Assembly (NCBI GenBank): GCA_964495045.1
Contig: CAZBUL010000001.1
Span: 1-54,113 of the forward strand
Direction of reading: 5' to 3'
Source of the DNA: an uncultured Desulfobacterales bacterium
Lineage (GTDB): Bacteria > Desulfobacterota > Desulfobacteria > Desulfobacterales > Desulfatirhabdiaceae
DNA length: 54,113 bases
Shown: piece after piece, positions 27,135-36,246 of the stretch
Position numbering within the stretch: position 1 is the first letter of the stretch
Layout of the letters: every line of letters starts with the position of its first letter
Notes under the pieces: generated by a model
Seen by the model: the letters and a program-made list of their open reading frames with translations, nothing else
Database searches by the model: none
Told to the model about the DNA's origin: nothing
Program-made: the position numbers and the translations under genes

Positions 27135-29351
27135 TCAACCGCCGATGATCGACGGCATGGACAGGGCCGGATGGCCTTTTTCCTGGAGAAAAGGCATAAT
27201 TTCTTCTTCGGTGATGCCCACGGTTTCGTCGGCAATCATATCGTAGAAATTGGGAATCCCCATCTCTTCTCCGCGCTTGACGATTCTCTCTTTTAGCTCT
27301 TCTTTCAGAGCTTTCGGCATCCAGACCATGCGGTGAAGCCCGCCATCACCCTTAATGAATTTTCTCTGGGTGATGTTGTATTTGGAATGGCCGACAAATC
27401 CAGGTGAGGATGCCCCACCGCCCATGACACCGGCCAGGGTGGTGAACTTCATGCCGCAGGGCGTTTCACCGGCATAATCACGTCCGACGGTCATGACGCC
27501 GTTGCAGGTGGGAAGTGTAGCGGCGATACATTCGCAGCATCCGCAGGTGGTCATGGGATCGGTGACCATGGAGTAAAAATTATAATGTGTCACGGCTCCG
27601 CGAGAGGCTTTCAGAATGAATTCGTTGACGCCCTTGAACTGACCCAATACAGAGTCGAGACATTCCCCTTTTTCAATGGGCTGATTGGGGCCCGTGGGAT
27701 TGATTTCATAAGAAGCCTTACAGTCCATCCAGTTGTATGCGCCGCAAAGACCGGTTCGTTCCGGGCTGACGGTGCAGACATGGTTGGGTGCAAAAGACTG
27801 GCAGAGCGTACAGGAGTAAAAAATCTCTTCGGCTTCATCGGTCATCTTCTCAACGCGCTCATCCCGCATTTTGTATTCGGCGCGGGCACGGGTGGTAAGC
27901 TTGTCCACATCGTCCTTCTGGGTAAAAAGCGTTACCTGAATCTTGTCAAGAATCTTTCCAAAATCCTGGTGTAACTTGGCATGAAGCACAACCCCGATGT
28001 CTTTCAGTGAGAAGCCTTTATCCACGGCGGACTTGCTGACCCGGACCCAGGAAATATCCCGCTGTCCGATGTGCATGATGCCCTGAATATAATTGATAAG
28101 ATGGTGGATCTGGCGTTCCAGAATGGGTTCAAAATCAGTCTGGAATTCGCGGCCCGCGACCTGGACATAAATACCCAGGGAGAAGGTGCCGCCTTCTTTC
28201 ACGTCCTTTAAATCCGGTCCGTCAACAATGACTTTACCGTCTTCGATTTCATTCATTTCCGCCATTTTGACGAGCTCGGTACACTGAGTCTTGCCGCCAC
28301 CGCACTGGCAATACAGATCAGCGCCGCGAACCCGCTCGCCCTCATAGGCCGGGCCGAAGGCGCAGGGGATATCGATCTTGGAAACCGTAACCTTGAGGCC
28401 GCGGACTTCCACGGATTTCTGAACCATATCCTCATGCTTGACATTGGCCACAACGTGTTCGTAGGTACAGATACCGGTCGGCAGAATTTCTGGAATGTCG
28501 GTGTCGGCCAGGGTCGGGAAACCCCAGTTGACGCATCCAGCCGCTGCCGCTGCCCATTCTGCATTGACATCCCCCAGGGCATTGACGAAAGCGAAAATGC
28601 GGTTTTTATTGTAAAGCAGCATTTTTTTATAATCACCGGGTTTGATACCGCCGAAGGCCATGGCGGCCCGGTTGGCAAAACCCAGCGCGAAAATGGCCGA
28701 AGAAATATCCGGGCCGAATGGAACGATACGGGTGTTCCAGCCGATCTGGACACCGGCTTCCAACAGTTGTTCGGAAACAGTGGTGCCATTCTGATTGGCG
28801 GCGAGGAAGATATAGAGACTGCGTTTCTGATATTCCTCGACGATCATCTTGGCGATTTCCGGGCTCGGTGCAGCCCCCACGATAGCGGCAAAACCAGGCG
28901 CAGAGCCATCGACAAATTCAACACCGCGCTTACGGAAAACGGTGTCGTCGGCGGCGCCCAGCCAAATCTTTCCGGCGGTTTCATCGATATCTTCGGAATG
29001 GAGATAATAATCCGGTTCATTCAGATAACGAAGGGCTTCTTCGATTTCGAATGCCAGCAGGGCGGCCATACCGGCATCCAGCAGGGGCCCCAGGTAAGGC
29101 AGGTGGTGTGAGCCCTTGACATGGGGGGGCAGCAGACCGCGGGCGAATTCCAACGGTTTTTTCATGTCTTCCAGGGTTTCAACTTTCATGCCCAGAAGGG
29201 AGTAGATAACCGGCAGATAATAGGCTGTGTTGGGAAAACCGACTTTGGTATCGGCATTGTAGGTAGCCAAAGCTTTTTTGTATTTACCTTCGACTTTCGA
29301 AACGATGTTATAGCCGCCCTGAATGGCCGCAAATGCAACTAATCTTGACAT
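27135..29351 (-). CDS. acsB: CO-methylating acetyl-CoA synthase (A-cluster subunit)
   Basis: 738 aa. It shows N-terminal similarity to bacterial AcsB (NTAYYLPVIY...EIEEALRYL). The A-cluster cysteines are present (CTLCQSFAPNHVCTVSPERTGLCGA and the CGC triplet in TTCGCCEC). Confidence 0.93.
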   Translation of the reverse strand: MSRLVAFAAIQGGYNIVSKVEGKYKKALATYNADTKVGFPNTAYYLPVIYSLLGMKVETLEDMKKPLEFARGLLPPHVKGSHHLPYLGPLLDAGMAALLAFEIEEALRYLNEPDYYLHSEDIDETAGKIWLGAADDTVFRKRGVEFVDGSAPGFAAIVGAAPSPEIAKMIVEEYQKRSLYIFLAANQNGTTVSEQLLEAGVQIGWNTRIVPFGPDISSAIFALGFANRAAMAFGGIKPGDYKKMLLYNKNRIFAFVNALGDVNAEWAAAAAGCVNWGFPTLADTDIPEILPTGICTYEHVVANVKHEDMVQKSVEVRGLKVTVSKIDIPCAFGPAYEGERVRGADLYCQCGGGKTQCTELVKMAEMNEIEDGKVIVDGPDLKDVKEGGTFSLGIYVQVAGREFQTDFEPILERQIHHLINYIQGIMHIGQRDISWVRVSKSAVDKGFSLKDIGVVLHAKLHQDFGKILDKIQVTLFTQKDDVDKLTTRARAEYKMRDERVEKMTDEAEEIFYSCTLCQSFAPNHVCTVSPERTGLCGAYNWMDCKASYEINPTGPNQPIEKGECLDSVLGQFKGVNEFILKASRGAVTHYNFYSMVTDPMTTCGCCECIAATLPTCNGVMTVGRDYAGETPCGMKFTTLAGVMGGGASSPGFVGHSKYNITQRKFIKGDGGLHRMVWMPKALKEELKERIVKRGEEMGIPNFYDMIADETVGITEEEIMPFLQEKGHPALSMPSIIGG

Positions 29352-29400
29352 ATAAACTCCTCCTTCGTTGAGGACTTAATTGAATCTCTTGTAATGACAC

Positions 29401-29430
29401 GGGAAAATGCATCGAAAGATGCGTTTTCCC
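29401..29430 (-). other. 13-bp stem / tetraloop hairpin between acsA and acsB
   Basis: gggaaaatgcatc-gaaa-gatgcgttttccc, with one mismatch in mRNA sense. It lies 14 nt after the CODH stop codon and has no trailing U-tract. Confidence 0.5.
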
Positions 29431-29443
29431 TAAGTTATCCGGA

Positions 29444-31495
29444 TTAAGCAGTTTCCAGTTTCTGGCGGTCGGCCATATCCATCAGTACGCGTTCTCTGGC
29501 TTTGTCGATGCCGAGGGCTTTGCGTTTTTTGTCGATATGGGCGATCATCTTGTGGGCGTGTTTTATAGGATCGGGTTCGCAGTCCCACATGCCGCCGTAA
29601 ATCTTTTCCAGTTCGTTGAACATGTAGTCCTGGAAAACCGGTGCGCCACTCATCGGCAGATGGAGGCCAAATACTGTATAAACACCGGAAGCCACAAAAT
29701 AATGACCGATGCTGATGGCTTTTTCGCTCATCCATTCGGGCGCGCTTCCGGCTGCGGGCAGATCGCAGATGTCTTTGCCCAGACCGCCGGCTTTGACGAC
29801 TTCCGTGGCGGCCAGAAGAATCCGGCTGTTGTCCACGCAGGAGCCAAGATGCAGAACCGGCGGAATTCCGACGGTTTCGCAAACTTCGGCAAGACCTGGT
29901 CCGCAGAATACGGCCGCGGTTTCCGGCGACAGAAGCCCTTCCATGGCGCATGCAATGCCGTTGCATCCCGTGGTCAGAACGATGACGTCATTTTTGATCA
30001 GTTCCTTGACAATGGCGATATGGTCTGCATTGTGGCGGGTTCTGGCGTTGTTGCAGCCGACCACGCCGGCGATACCCCGGATGCGGCCGTTGATGATGTT
30101 GTCGTTCAGGGTGTAATAATCCCCGCGGAAGGTGCCGCCCAGGTGGTATTTGATTGATTCCACGCCAAAGCCGGCGATCTGTGTGGCTTTGTGGCGGGGG
30201 ATCATGACTTCGACCCGGCGGTTGGTGAAATTGTCGATGGACATGGTCACGATGCGTTTGGCGTCTTCCATGGCATGGTGTTCGTCAAATTCGATGTGAA
30301 TGGCGTTGTCTTGCTCCATCTTGGCGATGGGGTGGGTGGTGATGAGTTTGGTGTGAAAGCATTTGGCGACATTGGCCAGGTTCTGGAAAATGCACTGGAC
30401 ATCTACAACCATGGCATCGCAGGCGCCGGTAATGATGGCCAGTTCCTGCTGCAGGAAGGTGCCTGCGGGCGGGACCCCGTGACGCTGCAGCATTTCATTT
30501 CCCGTACAGCAGATGCCGCTGAGCTGAATGCCTTTGGCGCCTTTGGTCTTGGCGTAGTCGATCATTTCCTTGGACTGGGCCGCGGCAACGATCATTTCGG
30601 AGAGAATGGGTTCATGGCCGTGAATGACGATGTTGACATGGTCTTCCTTCATGACGCCCAAGTTGGCTTCGGCCTGAATCGGGTAGGGTGTTCCGAACAG
30701 AACATCCTGAAGGTCGGTGGCCAGCATGGACCCGCCCCAGCCGTCCGCGATGGCGCAGCGGGAGCACTGCTTGACCAGATTTTTATAATCCTGATCCACG
30801 CCCATGTGGGTGCGGTGCATGATTTCAACGGTTTCACGGTCGATGTTCCGGGGCAGAACTCCCAGTTTTTTCCACCTTTCATACAGGGGGGCGGGAGCCC
30901 TTCTCAGGTAACGGAGCTCTCCGGAATGCTTCCCCCACTCATTTATGGCATTTTCTGCCACTTCCAGGGCGATTTCATCCAGATCCCGGTCAACCGTTTT
31001 GCCGTCAACTTCAACGGTGGTGGCAACATCCAAATGCGGAGCAATGGCAAGCAGCTTCTGCGTATCCTTGATCCGGTAATCGTTAGTTTCTTTTTTGGCA
31101 ACAGACATGAAAACTTCCGCAACGCCGCGGCCGTGATCCGAGTGGGCCGATGCACCGGCTGCCACCATCCGGGCAAAATTTCGGGCAGCGATGGTATTGG
31201 CGGTTGCACCGCAAAGGCCTTTGCGTTCATCTGGGCCGTCGGTTTTGGTCAGCGGCAGACGGCAGGGGCCCATCGCGCAGTTCTTACAGCAGGTTCCCTG
31301 AATGCCTATATTGCAGGGTTTCATGGCTACGGCGCGGTCGAATATTGTTTCAACGCCAAGCTCTTGAGCCCTGCGGATCATTTCCTGGGTTGCGATATCA
31401 ATGGAAGCACCAACCGGATCGGCCAGTTTGGGTGCTTTAGCTTCTTTGACTTCTTTAGCTTCTTTGACTTCCACTACTTTTTTTAATTCTGCCAT
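29444..31495 (-). CDS. acsA: Anaerobic Ni-CO dehydrogenase catalytic subunit (CODH component of CODH/ACS)
   Basis: 683 aa. Cys motifs of the B/D clusters are present (CNIGIQGTCCKNCAMGPCR). The sequence is CooS/AcsA-like throughout, and the SD GAGGAGAA precedes ATG 31495. Confidence 0.93.
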   Translation of the reverse strand: MAELKKVVEVKEAKEVKEAKAPKLADPVGASIDIATQEMIRRAQELGVETIFDRAVAMKPCNIGIQGTCCKNCAMGPCRLPLTKTDGPDERKGLCGATANTIAARNFARMVAAGASAHSDHGRGVAEVFMSVAKKETNDYRIKDTQKLLAIAPHLDVATTVEVDGKTVDRDLDEIALEVAENAINEWGKHSGELRYLRRAPAPLYERWKKLGVLPRNIDRETVEIMHRTHMGVDQDYKNLVKQCSRCAIADGWGGSMLATDLQDVLFGTPYPIQAEANLGVMKEDHVNIVIHGHEPILSEMIVAAAQSKEMIDYAKTKGAKGIQLSGICCTGNEMLQRHGVPPAGTFLQQELAIITGACDAMVVDVQCIFQNLANVAKCFHTKLITTHPIAKMEQDNAIHIEFDEHHAMEDAKRIVTMSIDNFTNRRVEVMIPRHKATQIAGFGVESIKYHLGGTFRGDYYTLNDNIINGRIRGIAGVVGCNNARTRHNADHIAIVKELIKNDVIVLTTGCNGIACAMEGLLSPETAAVFCGPGLAEVCETVGIPPVLHLGSCVDNSRILLAATEVVKAGGLGKDICDLPAAGSAPEWMSEKAISIGHYFVASGVYTVFGLHLPMSGAPVFQDYMFNELEKIYGGMWDCEPDPIKHAHKMIAHIDKKRKALGIDKARERVLMDMADRQKLETA

Positions 31496-31574
31496 TTGAG
31501 GTTCTCCTCATTATTATAGGGTATTCTGGCAATCCTGGCATCTCGAAATAAATTGCCAGACAAAAAAATCGGTA

Positions 31575-33128
31575 TCAGACTCTGCGATGAATTCGGTTCA
31601 ATTGTTCAAGGATTTTTTGAGGCGCTGTCTTCTGCACAGCCGCCGGTGTTTGAGAAACGGCCTCAACGGATGCAGACTGATGCTGAGCCGTGCGTTCTTC
31701 ACGCTCTTTGGCTCTCTGCTGACGGAGGGCTTCTTCTTCGGCTTCACGTTTGGCCACTTCAGCAGCAGCGGCTTTGGCTTCCGCATCGGCTTTCGCCTTG
31801 GCTTCGGCATCGGCTTTGGCCTTGGCATCTGCTTCCGCTTTAACCTTGGCGTCTGCGGAGGCTTTGGCAGCAGCATCGGCTGAGGCTTTGGCGGCAACTT
31901 CGGCATCCGCTTTGGCTTTGGCCTCCAGAGCGGCCGTATCTACAGATGGCGCTGCTGCCGGTGCTGGTGCAGCAGCCGGTGCCGGCGCGGCTTTCACTTC
32001 GACTTTGGGTGCGGCTGCCTGGGGTTTTTCAGCCGGTTTGGGAGCTTCGGCCTTGGGGGCTGCCGGAGCAGCTTTGGCTTTTTCTTCTTCGATGGTGAGA
32101 TTTGGCGCCGGTGACAGAGATGCCAAATTGAGGTCCACATCGGCCAACTGTTTCTTGACGGGAGCGACATCTGTGGCTTTTCCGCCGGCAACCAGCAGGT
32201 CGATGAAGGATTTGACCATGCGGATGGCTTCGGGATGCCGCATGATGAGAATATCGGAACCGGCCATCAGATAGGTGGCGGCGCCGACGGCTTCCATAAG
32301 GATACCGCGTTTTTCCGGATCGCCCAGCGTCGGGGCTTCAGCGGCGGTCTGCTTGGCTTCTTTGCACTTCCAGACTTCATTGCCCAGATTGTTGATGACA
32401 GGAAGCTGAAGTTTATCGTCTCCCTGAGCCATGGCGGCCATTCGGAGACGTTCCATGACGGAGTAGGAATATTCCAGACCGTATCCCAACCCACCGGTGG
32501 TCGGATCGATGATCATCCGGCTGGACGGCATCCCCAGATTTTCGAGAAGGATGTTGACCTGTTTGGCCAGGTTGACGTCGATGGGAGAAGAGGAAATAAC
32601 GGTGTGGCCATAGCCCATGGCAGCCGCCCCGATCCCCTTGTGGTTTTTGTCTTCCACCGGCCCGATTACGAGATTGGCACCCTGGCAGTCTTCGGCAATT
32701 TTCTTGAACACCGCTTCGTCTTTCTGGGCGTTGGCACAGCCCCAGATGATCAGCGGCACATCGATGGCCGCCAGCACTTTTTTGACGGTGGCGGATGCAT
32801 CTTCCGGACTGGCGTTGCTGGCGTTGGGATCGATGCTCTTCAACTGAAGGACGATCATTTCCGCACCGAACTGATCCACGCATTTTTTGGCCCAGGCCGC
32901 CGGATCGGAAACCACATCTTTAAAATGAGACAGCGCGGCTTCGGCCCAATCTTCGGGTGCCATATCCCATATTTCCATGGCGATCCGGGGTTTGTTCGGC
33001 ATTTTGCCTTCGAACTGATAGAACGGGTAGCAGGTTTCTCCTCCGACGGTGACGGACTTGGGACCTTTGCCCAGAGTGATTTCCTTGATACCGCCGGCGT
33101 ATGATTCTTTAAAAATGTCTAAGCCCAA
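31575..33128 (-). CDS. acsD: Corrinoid iron-sulfur protein small subunit with a ~200-aa low-complexity C-terminal extension
   Basis: TTG 33128 lies 5 nt after AGGGAGG. The first ~315 aa are AcsD/CdhD-like (VTVGGETCYPFYQFEG...). The remainder is Pro/Ala/Lys-rich and Ala/Lys/Asp-repeat sequence. Confidence 0.85.
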   Translation of the reverse strand: MGLDIFKESYAGGIKEITLGKGPKSVTVGGETCYPFYQFEGKMPNKPRIAMEIWDMAPEDWAEAALSHFKDVVSDPAAWAKKCVDQFGAEMIVLQLKSIDPNASNASPEDASATVKKVLAAIDVPLIIWGCANAQKDEAVFKKIAEDCQGANLVIGPVEDKNHKGIGAAAMGYGHTVISSSPIDVNLAKQVNILLENLGMPSSRMIIDPTTGGLGYGLEYSYSVMERLRMAAMAQGDDKLQLPVINNLGNEVWKCKEAKQTAAEAPTLGDPEKRGILMEAVGAATYLMAGSDILIMRHPEAIRMVKSFIDLLVAGGKATDVAPVKKQLADVDLNLASLSPAPNLTIEEEKAKAAPAAPKAEAPKPAEKPQAAAPKVEVKAAPAPAAAPAPAAAPSVDTAALEAKAKADAEVAAKASADAAAKASADAKVKAEADAKAKADAEAKAKADAEAKAAAAEVAKREAEEEALRQQRAKEREERTAQHQSASVEAVSQTPAAVQKTAPQKILEQLNRIHRRV

Positions 33129-33460
33129 TGTTACCTCCCTCTTTAGATGGTAAAAAGGTGTTAGAAATGAATGACTCCATGAATACAAACTTCAGACAGT
33201 GGGCCGGCACCTTGTGCCGTTCCCGGATGAGATATCGACCCCCTTTCAATAAAGTGCAGCCATTATGTGTCAATTAATCTACCGCAGTAGTTAATATGTC
33301 GATTTTACAGTTGTTATAGCATTTTGCGTCGCTGTTCGACCTTTTGTGGCGGAAGGTCGATTCTGGATCGGATCAAATTTCTTTGGAATATTACCGCCTA
33401 TATTAAGATGAGCACTTTGTCAAGTGATGTTGAAAGAAATACGAAAAATATCGATTTAGC

Positions 33461-33491
33461 CCTTCATTTTTCAGACATTGAAAAATGAAGG
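33461..33491 (-). terminator. AT-rich 13-bp hairpin 29 nt downstream of the UbiA-family gene; probable intrinsic terminator
   Basis: ccttcatttttca-gacat-tgaaaaatgaagg. In minus-strand sense it is followed by U-rich sequence (gcuaaaucgauauuuuucguauuucuuuc). Confidence 0.45.
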
Positions 33492-33519
33492 ATCAAAGCC
33501 CTGTTCCTGCGGCCAGCAA

Positions 33520-34473
33520 TCAGGGCGAGATGGTAATCGTTGCGATCAGAACGATTACCATCAACGACAGGGGATAATAACTGCCCCGGTTGAACAGAAT
33601 CATGGCGTCCTGACGTGACTGGGACGACCAGAGCCGCAATGCGGGCAGAAGCAGCAGAATCACCCCGGCGCCCAATGCCGCAATCGGGTAAATCGTCGGG
33701 TAGCATACCGGTGCCAGCAGAAAAACAGCGGTATTGAGCGGCAAAACCAGCAGAATGCAAAACAGGATGACAAGACTCGATCGCCGGGCTCCCCTCTGCA
33801 CAGGAAAGGTTCGGGCACCGGACTGACGGTCTGTATCCGCATCGGTCCAGTCGTTGGGAATATTTTGGCCGCCGATTTCCCAGAAAAAGAGGGTTAAAAA
33901 AAGGGCGGACAAAAACCAGGGAGAAGGGTGTGGATCAACGGCAAAGACGGCCGCCATGGCGCCCAGGGTTTTGACGATGCCGCTGATGAAGGTACGGTAA
34001 TGACTGATCCGCCACAGCACGCAATATAAGGTTTCAAGCACACATCCGGCGGCGAATATCACCAGGCAGGCCGGATTCAGCAGATAGGCCCCGACAGCCG
34101 CTATAAACGCCCAGGATGCCGTCCAGGCCAGCCCTTCGCCAAAAGTCACAAGTCCGCAGGCCATGGGATGACGCACTAAAACGGCATCCAGATCTCCATC
34201 CGCAGGGCAGGCAGAATCGTGGAGACCTGCGGTTCGTTTGTCCGGCAGATAATCCACCATGTCGTTCAACGCATAAACGGCCGTATAACCGGCGAATGTG
34301 GTGAGCAGCCCGAGGATTACGACATACCAGGAGGGAACATAACCCGTCCAGATCAATGCCGCAAAAATCGGCGTCGTCATATCGATCAGGCCGTGCGGTG
34401 TACGGGACAGGGCCAGAAAAAGTTTCAACCGGCTTAAAGATTGGGGGAACGTGCGGCGCTGAAAAGATGTCAT
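33520..34473 (-). CDS. UbiA-family aromatic/polyprenyl prenyltransferase
   Basis: 317-aa polytopic protein with the NDxxDxxxD motif (YALNDMVDYLPDKR) and a second Asp-rich motif (DWTDADTDRQ). Confidence 0.85.
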   Translation of the reverse strand: MTSFQRRTFPQSLSRLKLFLALSRTPHGLIDMTTPIFAALIWTGYVPSWYVVILGLLTTFAGYTAVYALNDMVDYLPDKRTAGLHDSACPADGDLDAVLVRHPMACGLVTFGEGLAWTASWAFIAAVGAYLLNPACLVIFAAGCVLETLYCVLWRISHYRTFISGIVKTLGAMAAVFAVDPHPSPWFLSALFLTLFFWEIGGQNIPNDWTDADTDRQSGARTFPVQRGARRSSLVILFCILLVLPLNTAVFLLAPVCYPTIYPIAALGAGVILLLLPALRLWSSQSRQDAMILFNRGSYYPLSLMVIVLIATITISP

Positions 34474-34678
34474 GAATCTGTCCTGATGTATTAAATTGCG
34501 TTATTGCTTCATTACCCTTTTTCGCCGTGCAATGCAAAACCAAAATGCGGGAAAGTTTCCACCGGACATTCACATTTCAAATTGATATTTTGATGAATTT
34601 GATTTACAAGCCATGCCATCATCAGTGACCGCCTTTTGCCCGTAAAAATGGGGCTTTCGTCTTATCCAGGAGGAATTC

Positions 34679-36235
34679 ATGGTCTTGCCTTTACTCGACA
34701 ATCTTTCAAAACTCGAAGAGATGCGCCGGGAATCGATACGGGGGGGCGGAGAAAATCGCATTACCGCTCAGCACCGGAGAGGAAAGCTTACAGCCCGTGA
34801 GCGCATCGATCTCCTGCTGGATGAAGGCTCTTTCGAAGAATTCGATACGCTCAAAACCGGCAGGGGAGGCTCTCTGGGAGAAGACAAGCATCAATATCCC
34901 GGCGATGGCGTGGTAACGGGTCACGGCACGATCGACGGCCGGGAAGTGTTTGTCTTCAGTCAGGATTTCACCGTTATCGGCGGCTCGCTGGGAGAGGCGC
35001 ATTCCCAAAAAATCAGCAAGGTCATGGATCATGCCGTTCGGGTAGGTTCGCCCATCATCGGGCTGAACGATTCCGGCGGTGCCCGAATTCAGGAAGGCGT
35101 GGATGCCCTGGCTGCTTATGGTGAGATATTCCATCGGAATGTCGAGGCCAGCGGGGTGGTTCCCCAGATATCCTGTATTATGGGGCCCTGCGCTGGCGGT
35201 GCGGTTTACAGCCCGGCCATGACCGATTTCACCTTTATGGTCGAAAATTCCTCCAACATGTTCGTCACCGGCCCCAATGTCGTCAAGACCGTCATTCACC
35301 AGGACATCACGTCCGAAGAGCTCGGCGGAGCCCATGTGCACGGCTCGGTCAGCGGGGTTGCCCATTTCGTGATCCCCAACGACATTCTCTGTCTGCGGGA
35401 AGTCCGGCGCCTGATCAGTTTTCTGCCCTCCAACAACCGCCAGAAGTCGCCGTTTCTCGATTTGCGGGATCCGCCCGAACGGACGGACCCGGCCCTCGAT
35501 TATCTCGTACCGCCGAATCCCAACCAGACCTACGATATGAACATCCTGATTTACAGCCTTCTGGATGGTGCGGAATTTCTGGAGATTCACGCCGATTATG
35601 CCCGGAACATCATCTGCGGTTTCGGCCGGATGGGCGGTCAGACTATCGGCCTGGTGGCCAACCAACCGGCGGTGCTGGCCGGCGTTCTCGACAGCAATGC
35701 TTCCACCAAGGCCGCCCGGTTCGTCCGATTCTGCGACACCTTCAATATCCCGCTGATCTGTCTGGTGGATGTTCCCGGATTCATGCCAGGTCCGGAACAG
35801 GAACACGGCGGGATCATCCGGCACGGGGCCAAACTGCTCTACGCTTTTATCGAAGCCACCGTGCCGCGGATTACCGTCATTGTCCGGAAAGCTTACGGCG
35901 GTGCCTATCTCGTGATGAATTCCAAGCACATTCACTGCGACATCAATTATGCCTGGCCAACGGCTGAAATCGCCGTTCTCGGCCCCCGCGGCGCCGTGGA
36001 AGTCATTTATCGGAAAGAAATCACGGACGCCGACGATCCGGATGCCATGATGGCCGAAAAAATGGAGCAATACCGCAAAGCATTCGTCAATCCCTTTCTG
36101 GCAGCCAAACGGGGATATATCGACGATGTGATTTTTCCGCGGGACACCCGTCACCGGTTGATTCGCACCCTGCAATTTCTCGAAAGCAAACAGACACGCC
36201 GTCCGGATCGCAAGCACGGCAACATCCCCCTGTAA
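34679..36235 (+). CDS. Acyl-CoA carboxylase carboxyltransferase subunit (propionyl-CoA carboxylase beta / methylmalonyl-CoA carboxyltransferase 12S-like)
   Basis: 518 aa after AGGAGG. The N-terminus is typical ([30 protein letters not shown]) and the sequence is carboxyl_trans-like throughout. Confidence 0.9.
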   Translation: MVLPLLDNLSKLEEMRRESIRGGGENRITAQHRRGKLTARERIDLLLDEGSFEEFDTLKTGRGGSLGEDKHQYPGDGVVTGHGTIDGREVFVFSQDFTVIGGSLGEAHSQKISKVMDHAVRVGSPIIGLNDSGGARIQEGVDALAAYGEIFHRNVEASGVVPQISCIMGPCAGGAVYSPAMTDFTFMVENSSNMFVTGPNVVKTVIHQDITSEELGGAHVHGSVSGVAHFVIPNDILCLREVRRLISFLPSNNRQKSPFLDLRDPPERTDPALDYLVPPNPNQTYDMNILIYSLLDGAEFLEIHADYARNIICGFGRMGGQTIGLVANQPAVLAGVLDSNASTKAARFVRFCDTFNIPLICLVDVPGFMPGPEQEHGGIIRHGAKLLYAFIEATVPRITVIVRKAYGGAYLVMNSKHIHCDINYAWPTAEIAVLGPRGAVEVIYRKEITDADDPDAMMAEKMEQYRKAFVNPFLAAKRGYIDDVIFPRDTRHRLIRTLQFLESKQTRRPDRKHGNIPL

Positions 36236-36246
36236 GAGGTTGACGC

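Noticed and set aside
31750-32274. 174-aa Ala/Ser/Leu-rich ORF (ASASALALASAS...) on the plus strand.
   Set aside because: It is the antisense reading of the GCN-periodic repeat that encodes the AcsD tail, so it is an artefact of the repeat composition.
34706-36217. 503-aa ORF antisense to the carboxyltransferase gene, spanning almost its entire length.
   Set aside because: It lies in the codon-aligned antisense frame. There, stop codons correspond to the sense codons TTA/CTA/TCA, which this gene avoids. The product has no recognisable motifs, and the sense strand has unambiguous family motifs plus an AGGAGG SD. It is a shadow ORF.
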